A model generated the notes under the pieces. That model was not told the DNA's origin. It made no database searches and saw only the letters and a program-made list of their open reading frames with translations. A stretch of DNA of 53,607 nt, counting the filler, from Sphacelaria rigidula (taxonomy: Eukaryota): assembly GCA_964200075.2 (NCBI GenBank). It is 5 parts of 5 records of this genome, joined end to end, with 100 filler letters (N's around TTAATTAATTAA, not from the genome) between each part and the next. Parts side by side here need not be neighbours in the genome. Positions count along the whole stretch, not along the records: positions 10,743 to 21,384 come from CAXNAA020006156.1; 4 more parts are not named here. The stretch is one strand, 5' to 3'. This document shows positions 10,805 through 21,484 of this stretch, piece by piece. The translations under genes and the position numbers were made by a program. The stretch's first letter is position 1, and each line of letters opens with the position of its first letter.

Positions 10805-13005
10805 ACGAGCAGGAGAGAACTGTTCAACCGTCAACAGTCTCGACTTTATTTTGATCCGACGGACCGCCCGAAACTCAAAAGCCGGCGTGACCCCTCTTCA
10901 CCAATTTTTATAATCCAACGGGCTGCTGATCATAACTGCTCTTCTTATTATTTCGTATTGAAATCGACCGCTGAAGAACAACGTTGAATTTGTATTGGGT
11001 CAAACCTAAACTCCAACTTTAAAAGGGCGCTTTTGTTTGTTTTTGAAAATTCAAATCCAGGTCCTGAGGCCGTGTCTTATCAAATTGTTTTGTTGTCGAA
11101 AACGTGCGGTCGAATCGAATTCGCTCGTTTCTGNNNNNNNNNNTTTCTGAGATGGTTGAGAACATGAATGCCGTGGACGTATCAGGTACGAGCAAATTTG
11201 ATTCCACCGTACGTTTTCGAGTCAAACAAATTGATAAGAGACGGCCTGACCTGCGTTTATATAAAAAACAATCCCGACCACCAGGTATGGGTGACACAAC
11301 CATTTTAGCGATCCGGTTGGACCTAAGAGTTCGAATCTCACTTTACTGCTCCTTCCATGTTCATCTTTGGGGACCGGACACTTCGGGGGGGAAATACAGA
11401 GTATATGGGCACTTTCCGCCCGCCGCTCCGGGGCTTCCTTATTATCCTCAAAGAAAAGCTCCATCCTCAATTCTTTAGATGCTTTTTTTGCACAGTCTGG
11501 TTCTGTCGTTGAAGTAGTATAGTATGCAACACTATTCTTCTCACTTTTTTGTCGGCGGCAGCGCGTGCATCAACAAGTTTGTCTACAGTTCACAGTAGTG
11601 CTGAACGTACATTGCGTTCATTCGGGAAACTGAAAAAAGGTTATCGTGTGCCGAAGAAATACAAGTTCCTTGGCTGGCCCTGCTCGTCTTAAATGCTTGC
11701 TGGCATGTTGACCAGCGGCAGCTGTGTTCACCTGGCGTGCATGTTTGGGAGCGTGTGGCTCCATATGGAGAGTGTGTCGCATCGCTGTATACGCCAAGGT
11801 TGTTCATGTCAAGCCGGGAGGTGACCGTTTGCGATGCGAAGTCAAATTAGAGGTCCAACGAATCGAGCCTAACAGTTAAAAATGCCAGCGAGTGGTGATG
11901 CATTATTCATCGTGTCCGGGGCAGGTGTCTACGTTCCTTTCAGATTGGGCCCCCAAAAACAACAAGAACAAACCCCATCATAATGTAGATGTGTCGGTCG
12001 ATGCGCCTTGAATACACAAAGAAGAAAATCATTCGCACCGAGGAGCTGCAAGAGTATGTGGGGAGGAAATTCTGGATTTCAAGTTGCCCACTTCCCCCAC
12101 CGCTCCCTACCGTGAAAAATTGCATTTTTTAGAATCATTTTTTGGGCACCCCGAAGTTGCAACGTAGTACAACACTTCGGTATCTCAACTGTTGTGTATG
12201 TCCTGGTGAGTATCAAGTTTCTGTCCATAGTACCGCACACCTAACAGGCTGCGGTATCTTCACCTCTGAGCTTTCCGTAAGTAAGTTGTGAGTATTCGGC
12301 GTGTGTGGAGGGGGGGCGGGGTGGGGGTTGGTTTCCACCGAGGGGATTCCACAGGATTGTGTACGAGTATATTAACATTATTTCGTGTTGCCGCGTCGAA
12401 TTGTACCATCTGTGTATACCCCCTCGCCCTCCATGACCCCTCAAAATCACCAAATGTCAACTTTCGGAGCCTTGCTTTCTTCTTCACGAAATTGTAAAGC
12501 TCGAATGGCGCCATGAAAATCTAGCGAGGCTCACACGTTGCGGCGAGAATTCATGCGGCGAGATTGCAGGCGGAGTAATTTCAACGGCAATATAATGGCG
12601 AAGACAGACTACGAGTTCAGTGGTTCCTCTCCTCGCTGGGTCTCCCTCCGGGGAGAGCGACGGCGATGACATTGCTTAATCTGAAGAGATGGTCACCATG
12701 CAACTCAAGAGATTCTGTATCTACGGCTCCATCGGCTTCCATTCCAGTTGGTGCGATGTAAGACTGCTTGTTTGTTGAGGACATTTATGCGGAGAAATTG
12801 ATTACAGGAGACACCTGACTGGCTACAATGAATGCGACTTGTTTGAGATCGTTCTTCATTGTGGTGAGATGGGAGGCTCTAACGAGGATCATTTCAAATA
12901 TGGCCCGGTTTTTCGAGACATATAGGCTTGAGGTCGAGATGAAACTACAAACGATTGCGTGCGCTGCATTCTGGTTTCGCAGCTGTGAGGTGTTTTTGAC
13001 TCCGT

Positions 13006-15832
13006 TTGCGGACGCGTAGTACGGATGTTCTGACAGGAGCGTGTCTCGTTTTTGATCGATCATACCACGCGCTCTACTGTACAGCTGTAGGCACCTCGCT
13101 GTCTTTTCCGCAACGCGGTGCTGGTGGAACTTCTAGTCGTCAGGCAAAACATTCAGGGGGAGATGCTGTAAGCTGGAAACCAGCAGGTGTTGCAGCCTCG
13201 GGGTCGATCGCTCAAGAGTCGATCGATCAGGCGCAACCAACAACGCCTTGTCGCACGCCAGCTTCCCTGGCATTTAGCCATGGTAGGTCAACTGAGCGCA
13301 GCAGAAACGCATTGAGAGTGGCTGCAGCAAGTGTTACCTGGCACGAATCACTAGCGAGACCCCAGAAACCCGATGCAAGCGCAGGACAAGCGGTGGGCAC
13401 CGAACACCAGGATAAAATATCAGAAGGTAATCAGGTGCCGTTCCAGCTCTCACCGTTTTCGAAAACAAGACAAAATGCGATAGCCTTGGCGACGGCTAGA
13501 ACTACAGATAATCTCTCGGCGAAGGTATGTGCACCAGTTGCAGATCCCAACGGAACAATAGAGCAAGCGAAGACTTCCGGGAAGCTATCGAGCTTGGACA
13601 AGCCATCCTCCCCTTGGGCATCGTCTGTGACCGCATTGAAAAATCCCCTCGCTGCGTGCGGCTCTCCCGAGTGTCCGGTGGAAGTAACGCCTCCACCGGT
13701 GTTGTCTCGCACCAGAGAATCAGCCAGCCTCCGGTGTAACACGGTGGATTCCCAGCAAATAAGCAGTTTATGTGATCGCGGTACGCTCAGCGCCGGTACT
13801 GAGGGCATCTCAAGTCCTCCAGTACCCGGTGGAAGCGGAGACGCAATCGTCAGTGACCCCCCGATCAGCGCACATGAAGATGGTGTAAACGCGAAAGATG
13901 TGGCACGCCCGGCGCCAGTGGCATGGAAGAAGTTGTCAAAAGCGTCATGTGAGCGAGTGATCGATGATACAGATTCTTGCTGCCGTACACGCCACTAGAG
14001 CAAACAAGAATCGACAAACGCATGACTTATACGAGCTACTCCCCTCGGTTTTCCCGCCCCAATAAATGCTCAACCTTCTTGACGTCAACATGTGACTTTC
14101 GCATATTTGCTCTTCCGTACGCCACACTCGACATCGGAGATCCAACTGTTCTTGTCTGCCTTTACCCACTTGCGCGGTCATCCCGTCCCATTTTTCACTT
14201 GCCTCTAGTACTCCCGCTGCTATCACCTCTACGTCCACGAGGAAGCAGCGGGTCTGGGAACCGCACGCGGCGCGTGGCTCTTAATCGGCGGAGGAAGTCA
14301 GACGGGGCAATCGTATTGAGTTCACGAAGTATCGGCAACACGACAAGCACCAGTAAAAGTACGACGATATCCCACCCAATAACGTGTTGCCCGACAACTC
14401 AATTGCTCAAGGAGGGGACTCGACTGAAGACTCAGCATCCATTAAAAAACAAATTTCTCCGTAGTAGTGGTGCGAAGGATCTCGAAGCTGAAGAAGGACG
14501 GTTAAAAGTAAGTTTTGCCACTGAAGCAAAAGCCTTTTTGCCTTTTTCAGTACGTTTGAGTGATGGGACCCCAGAATCCCGTCATGCTAGCACATGCCCC
14601 CCCTCCTTGATGTAATTTGTTTTGCAAGCTTACTCTCATAGAGCGTTAGCTTTCGGGTTTTCTCGCATACATCTTGGCCCAAGTCGCGCCAATGGAGTTC
14701 TTAGATTTACTAAACCTGCTATCCGCTGCCGGTACATGGATGAAAGCTGCTCCGACACGCATACCCGAAACACGTACATTAGGCTAATATCGCTGCTCTC
14801 CATGGCTAGGCGCAAGCGAGAGTGGTGGAGTGGAAAAGACGACAATCAGAGGATCTGAATGTAAAGAGCCAAGACCATGGCCGACAATCGAACGGAGAAA
14901 CAGGGTTGGAAGCGGCCAGAAAGGCAGCCGCGGCGAGGGTGGAGGACACCGCTAAAAAAGCTCTCCAAGAGAAAGAGGATGCGTTCGCCAAATGCCGCGC
15001 GGCTGAGATTGCTGAAAAAGCTGCAAAGGAATGCCGTGAAAAAGAACAGAAGAGAGCTGAAGTATACGCAATTAACGCCGTTTTGAGGTACGGGTGGCAT
15101 CCGCGCACGTATCGGTTGTTCGATTCCACGGTGTACAAATGTAGAACCTTCCACTCTCATTACGGTGATTTCTTCTGTTTCTGATGAAAGACCTGCTTCC
15201 GAAGATATATTTTCGGTGAACAGCCTCACTGGGGTGAGAGAAGCTACTGCTGCCTCCAACACATCCAGTCGTATGAAAGGGTGCATAAGGGACAATAAGG
15301 ACAATACCCGCAGGCGCTTTGAACTCGCGACTACGAAGCAAGGTTCGTTTCGCGGAGGACGACGCGAGTGACGCCCCATGAGCATGCAACCGCATTTCAA
15401 GTTGCGAGAGCTTGTCCCGAAACGAATATTGGTCGATTCCATCGTGTCTGGTGTTGCACTTGCTTAGATGGGTGCTGTAGATCGTATCTGAAATCGCCAT
15501 GTCCACATGGTATGATTCACACGGCACAACACACAGCAACAGCACAGTACATCACAGTACATAATGCTGACCATGGGACGAGCGTGCCGTACGTCACGCT
15601 ACCCTGGCCCTCTACCGATGAAGGAACTATAGCTCTAATCCCCCTACTCACGAAAAATCAATGTGCCCCAACGCCCGCTTGTGTCAGAAGTGCCTTCGAA
15701 AGAGACTTCAAGGCCTACAGCATCGAAAAACTTCAGGAGACACAGAGCGTTAGTACGTCGGGACCATCGTCTTCACCAGCATTGCTCGAGGAGAATGTCG
15801 ATCAACAAACGACGGCGGTAAATTTGAGATAG
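13006..15832 (+). pseudogene. Decayed multi-exon gene of unknown product (low-complexity region plus coiled-coil exon)
   Basis: Adjacent + strand ORFs: 330 aa S/A/P-rich, 212 aa, and a coiled-coil AARKAAAARVEDTAKKALQEKEDAFAK. Candidate GT-AG introns at 14508-14641 and 15088-15190; the second joins AINAVLR|PASEDIF in frame. In-frame stops and frameshifts. Confidence 0.4.
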
Positions 15833-16436
15833 CGCGACACGTGATAGGCAGTGAAGCTGCAGGGTCGGGACGGCTACGTAAGGTTAGGGTTAGGGTGTGG
15901 TAAACCTTAGTAAATGAAGAAGTAGAGTATTGGCTGCAAGAATTTTGTGGAAATGAGGGTACGCGTTTGACCGCGCGTGGAATTCGCCACATTCCCACGG
16001 TGCCTGACCCAGGGATACCAGTAGGGTAAATGATGAGTGTTTTATTCTTGAAATCGCGTCTTGCAAGGAAAGGGTGCCGTTTATTGGCTGGTGCTGCGCA
16101 CCCATGATACATTGCACGAATATCGCTGACTCCTAACGGTTGATGACCGACAAGTAGTCGGACGTCGTGTCGCCATGATATCGCTATAAAAGAAGTGCGT
16201 GCTCTCATCATCGCCCGACCGGTGTTGATGGTGTTAGGCTACGGTGAATACTGGATGTATATGTCATTGCATCGAATGGTAGATTGAGGCATCATTAAAG
16301 TAAGTGCGCCGAGCAGAAGCGTACATACATAATAGAAAACGATGAAGAGGTGTGTTCGGCATTCAAAATGTTCGCTAGAAATTACTTTGACAGAAGTGAC
16401 GTCCAACACGGTTCTTGTTCCCCCCCCCCCCCCTTT

Positions 16437-16505
16437 AAATGCTCGGTCTCGAAAGGGATGCGTGGTCAATGGTCAAACGACTAAGGCAAGCAACAAATGA
16501 GTACG
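16437..16505 (-). repeat. Family D short copy with apparent TSD CCCCCCCTTT
   Basis: ...gaaagggatgcgtggtcaatggtcaaacgactaaggcaagcaacaaatgagtacg flanked by cccccccttt at 16427-16436 and 16506-16515. Confidence 0.75.
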
Positions 16506-16720
16506 CCCCCCCTTTTTATTGCATGCTCTGGATGATCGTTGCCGCACTCTTCCAGCGCGGGGGTCAGTTTCTGGCGGCCTACTTTTTCGTGCAAGTAGAA
16601 GCTGAATGGCGCCAATCGATAGCTATTAATGCACACTTTTTCGTGGACGTTTCCACCTTCCACAAAAGTTATTGCCAGCTATCGCCTCATGTAGTTGCGT
16701 GCAAATTGTTGGGATTGTTG

Positions 16721-17208
16721 CAAGGGCAGGTCAGGTAGGGTATATACCCAATACTCGGTATTTTGAAAATTCATACTCTTAGTACCCAAGCATTTGGGTA
16801 GCGTATTTTAGACCGTTCCCAACATACCCCAAGAGTATTGAGGCCATAGCCAAGTGACATTCTATCCTCAGGTGCTCTGCTGCTGAGAGGGGTTGCCCAA
16901 CATTTGGGTAGAGCATTTGAGGTCGTATCCAATCTACCCAAAATTTGGGTAGAGTATTGGGGTCATACCCAAGTAATACCCCAAACACAGGTATTGTTGA
17001 GAGTGCTTACCCGATCTTTGGGTGAAGTACTTGAGGTCGTACCCAATCTACCCAAAAATTGGGTAGAGTACTTGAAACCGACCCATTCTACCCGAACCTT
17101 GGGTAGAGTTTTTGAGGCCGTACCCAATCTACCCAAACCTTGGGTAGAGCAAATGCTCGAGTATATACCCAAGTATTCAAAATACATACCCTGCCCGATC
17201 TGCCCTTG
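16721..17208. mobile_element. Non-autonomous hAT- or P-like DNA transposon
   Basis: ~23-bp TIR CAAGGGCAGGTCAGGTAGGGTAT / ATACCCTGCCCGATCTGCCCTTG. 8-bp TSD GATTGTTG/GATTTTTG (1 mismatch). Many internal TACCCAA/TTGGGTA motifs. Confidence 0.82.
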
Positions 17209-17289
17209 GATTTTTGCCGTTGATGCCCCAAGACCACTGCAGTGAGAAATATTTAGAACTACATAAATGCAACGCCTCTTATTGGCGGC

Positions 17290-17482
17290 TTTGGCTATCG
17301 GTAGACGCTTCCTACAACAACCCATTGTTGACGGCCATGGCTATCGATAGATACCCCCAGATCCATGGTTGGCGGCAACGGCTATCAATAGATTGTTCAC
17401 CATATATATATTGATGACGGAAACGGCTATCCATAGATTGTTCACCAAATTTATTACTTGAAGCAATGACTATCAATAGATC
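17290..17482 (+). repeat. Short spaced motif array (g(g/a)ctatcNNtaga x5, ~42-46-bp spacing)
   Basis: Motif near 17293, 17339, 17381, 17426 and 17469. Resembles TE subterminal repeats. Confidence 0.5.
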
Positions 17483-17649
17483 CATCCCAGAATCTGTGGG
17501 TAGTATACGATGTCCATCGGTGGCCAGTGATATAAATATGTAGGTATTACAATAGACTACTGATCGACGCTCGTAATACCTATTGTCGCTTGCAATGCAT
17601 ATCAATATATGTGTTTCACCGTATATTGTGTTCGACAACATTTATCGAC

Positions 17650-17898
17650 GAGTCTTTCTACAATAGCCCACCCCCAAAACCAGCCCAAAACTGACACGAA
17701 GAGAATGGTCATACAACGCCTGATGTTTGGTTTCAATCTGCAGAAGCGTCTCATATGAACGACGTTGGCAAAAACGAACCCAAGCGTAAGAATTCCCAGT
17801 TGCTCGTTGTGCTGTTTTTTTTTCATTTTGATTTACGTGCAGATTTTGCCTAACCCGAACCAGCCCCCGTTTGGGAGGAGGCTGTCGTAAAAAAATTC
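17650..17898. mobile_element. MITE family B, diverged copy
   Basis: Body matches 10122-10371 (aatggtcatacaacgcctgatgtt...cccaagcgtaagaattccc). Flanks CGAC/CGAT. Confidence 0.8.
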
Positions 17899-18379
17899 CG
17901 ATACGTAACCCTCCGCGTCTGTGATTGAAGCATGGACTGTTGCTGTGTTCATTGTCCAGATTGCACAGCTTTACCGGTACGGCTTTTGTATCGTATAAGT
18001 AAAGCCACTTATGAGGTGCAGATCATATCACCCCAACGGAGATGCCTACCTCGCTGTAGTTGGGTTCGTCGAAGAGACAAAGTCATGGAGATGCTCCTGG
18101 GGAAAAAAAATCAGAGTCAGTTGTTGATAACGTTTAGGACAAACTTGCCCATATTTTTGGGATTTTGTGGAGTTGGGGAGGGGAGTGTTTCGAGTTTTCC
18201 CTGCAAGAACTGTCATTTTCTCAATTTCGACGTTCAAACGCCCACTATTTGCCCACAACCACGATGGGCGCTATCGTGCACACCCCCTTACCCCGTAAAC
18301 GGGGCGTTCACGTATCATTTGGCCACCGTTATACCATGGTGGTGAAGAGAGCGCTGGCCATTCCACCAGGGAATTCAAA

Positions 18380-19000
18380 GATGTCGAAGGGCATTTTAGG
18401 TCCTCTCACCGAGCTCTACGGCGCTGGTCCCGAATACCCGACAAAACTATGGGAAAATTGCAAAGCTCAGACAGACGACATCGGGACGCTCGACCTCTCA
18501 AGGAAGTGGGCGGTCGTCGCTTCTTACTCCGACGAAGGCCACGGTGCTGCGGACGGTCATCAAGCGGAATCGGCCATTTTCGCTCAGCAAGGGTACGATC
18601 AGCTGGAAGAGATCGGGCTGGAATACGTCTCAGAGACCGTGAGGCGTCGGTTTAGGAAATATGGGTTCAGAAAAGGTGGCTCGCCGCATCAGGCGGTCTC
18701 TTTCCAAGGCCACCCCCGGTCGATTTTTGCCTGCAATGAGGTATCAACAGGCGAGATAGTCTGTGTAAATCAAAGCGATTCTCGCAAGCTACCAGAATGC
18801 GCATTCCCCCCGCTGCCACCAGGTATAAAAATATGATGCTACCGTTTTTGCAAGCTCCAAAAAACTTTGCCGGGCCCCGAGAGAGTTTTCTGTGAATGGA
18901 ACTCACTCTTTTCCAATCGCGAAGCATGTTGTAGGAGAAAAAAACAATGTCGAACATGATCGGGTCCACGTCAGTTCGGTTCTACACTGATCGCTCTATG
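18380..19000 (+). pseudogene. Degenerate IS630/Tc1-mariner-like transposase fragment
   Basis: SETVRRRFRKYGFRKG...QAVSFQGHPRS...PPLPPGIK, then VHVSS, recall the T.RRWL..LGF...G.Y.DGHER...P.L.PG.K...IHVS pattern. Pattern recognition only. Confidence 0.4.
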
Positions 19001-19479
19001 CAAATTCTAGAAATGTTTGGTGAAACTATTCGAATGTATCCACTTACCGCTGACCGAACTCAACACTGGCACTTTTCCCCCAGCTTGCGAGCCCGGTTTG
19101 ATATTATGGCATAAGAATTTAACATGATTACTCTTCCCCCTCACAAGTCTTGTACAATCGAATTGATATAGGCGGTCAGTACATGCAGCAATGAAATTGT
19201 AGTAATATTCCGGGCTGAACCAACTGCCTACTACTGCTGTTGGTCGAAAGCTGCTCTCAGTCAAGAGCTTCCTGGCCAGCGCCTCTTGGCGCGGGTCAGG
19301 AATGCAAGAACAGGTGGTTAATCATAGGACATCCCTGCTGCTAACCATAACTCGCGTCAGCTTAGGATGACTCTCCTCACATAACTTTTTTTTGCGACAG
19401 ACACCCCCCGACACACACACCATACACGCGACCGGTTAACCGCAGAGAAGCTCAAGTACAGGATATCAGCACCCATTTC

Positions 19480-21340
19480 GGTCACGCCAGCAAAAATTGA
19501 GTCACCTGCACGAGGTATCTTTTTTCACTCCGCATACCAAGAATGTCTACACGAGTGTTCAATCTCTCATACATCCTTCCCCTTTAACTGGGATGTGGCA
19601 GATTGTCTGTTGTCCTCGTTTTGCAGACGTTGAGCGAAATCAACGACTGCAATAACACCCCCTAGCTTCTGGTTATTAGAGCTTACCGCAAGCGCGCAGC
19701 CGTCCTTGCTCGCATGTGTATGTGAGAGAACAGTAGCGGTGACTGGAACATCACCCTGCTTTTCGGCGACGTGTTCTACTGCGCACAGAGGCACTTCCTG
19801 TTCAAGCAGATAGGGAGAGAGAGATCAATATTTGCATCGGTCAGCGCCACAGACAGGAGACGACAACCGGGGCATCCCGCGATCTTGTTTCCGCGGCTGT
19901 GCTACAATAACCCGCCTGCCCACATATGGTAACCTGGGTATATGCTGCACACGCGACCATTTGGCTAACCCCCAAAACGCCTCCGGAGGGATTCGCGGCC
20001 CTCCAGAGGCAATACAAGCCTCTGGAGGCCTTCAATCCCTCTGAAAGAAATCAAAGACTGCCGACGTGGAGGGCCGCGCACCCCTCCGGAGGAATCCGGG
20101 GGTAGCAAAATGCCTTCGGAGAGATGCGCGCCCCCCCAGAGGCAAAAACAAGCCCCGGAGGCGTTTCATGCCTCTGGAGGAAGCAAAAACTCTCCTCTGG
20201 AGGGGCGCGCACCCCTTCGGAGGCGTTTAATTCCTCTGGAGGCTCGAAAAGTTGACCGATCTGGAGGAATTTGGGGGGTAGCCAAATGGCCGGGTGTTTG
20301 GTGCTGTAAAATGATGCCAACCTCTGCAGCGATTGGGAATCGCCGAAAGAGGTCACACGAAGGGCACCAACGAGGAGCTTCCTCTTCGCCATTGCTCCTC
20401 TGATGATATGGTCATCGACACTCGTGTGCACGGCATTCATTTGGTGCACCCGACCACAGCGGCGTAACTGCAACAGAAACTCTGCTTGCGAAGATGCTTT
20501 CCCGTGGTGATACTTCTTGGCGTGAAATCTCGGTTTTTCGAAGGCAAGTTGAACCCCATTTTTGTGGTCAACCCCAAAATTTAGAATCGGCTGTTAATAA
20601 ACAGCGGATCCTGGAAAATTGGGTCCACCTCAAACTTGAGGTTCAAGTGGCATATCTTTTTTGCAGGGACGACGCGAAACAGTAACACAGAGTGAAACCA
20701 TCTTCCCCCCCCGAACTCCGCAACTGTGAACCACCAGTTGTGGCTAAATGCACCGAACGACTGCGGTGTACACGCGTGTCGATGACGATATCACCAGAGA
20801 GAGAAGGAACGGCAGAGAGGAAGCTCCTCGCCCGTGTCCTTTGTGTGCCCTCGCTGGGCGATCACCAATCACTCGAGAAACTGGCATTATGCATGTTACC
20901 AGCACGTGCCGAATTTCTCATGTGCCTGTAGGTATCCCCAAAGCACATCGAGCTGCGGAGAGATTTCGTCTCTTTGTCTCTGGAGGTCACCAATGCGAAG
21001 ATCGATTTCTCTCTGCCTCTTTTTCTGGACAGGACGCGCTTCTGTGCGCTGAAGAACAGGGCAATGTTCCTGTCACCGCTACTACTGTTCCCTGTCACAC
21101 ACATGCCAGCAAGGACGGTGCGCTGCGGCAAAAATAACAGATGCTCCAATTTGAACTTGGGGGGTGTTATTCATCCTTGATTTTACCCTGACATATCTGA
21201 CCGCATCAAGGCGCCGAGCACAAGAACCTACCACAGGCCAGTTAGGGGGTGATTGTGAGAGAGGCCAAAAACTTGTGGAGACCTTCTTGACATGCGGAGT
21301 GAAATAAATGCCTATGGTGGTGACCTAAATGTTGCTAGCG
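19480..21340. repeat. Large diverged palindrome/foldback, centre ~20590
   Basis: Nested inverted matches: 19501-19556 vs 21271-21325, 19696-19842 vs 20985-21125, 20340-20470 vs 20730-20870. Confidence 0.75.
19949..20297. mobile_element. Foldback MITE inserted in the left arm of the palindrome
   Basis: Termini acacgcgaccatttggctaacccccaaa / tttgggggtagccaaatggccgggtgt, with internal cctc(c/t)ggagg repeats. No clean TSD. Confidence 0.65.
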
Positions 21341-21384
21341 CGGCGCAGAGGGGTGCGTCAGCTGCAATCTGGAGCTTTCGTTGC

Positions 21385-21484
21385 NNNNNNNNNNNNNNNN
21401 NNNNNNNNNNNNNNNNNNNNNNNNNNNNTTAATTAATTAANNNNNNNNNNNNNNNNNNNNNNNNNNNNNNNNNNNNNNNNNNNN
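21385..21484. other. Artificial contig-joining linker
   Basis: N44-TTAATTAATTAA-N44. Confidence 0.97.

Noticed and set aside
11660..11740. HSCRWSTCQQAFKT C2H2-zinc-finger-like peptide on the minus strand
   Set aside because: The His ligands are not correctly placed and there is no supporting exon structure.
15880..15897. TTAGGG telomere-like repeats (also degenerate at ~28333-28360)
   Set aside because: Only 2-3 imperfect internal units; not a telomere.
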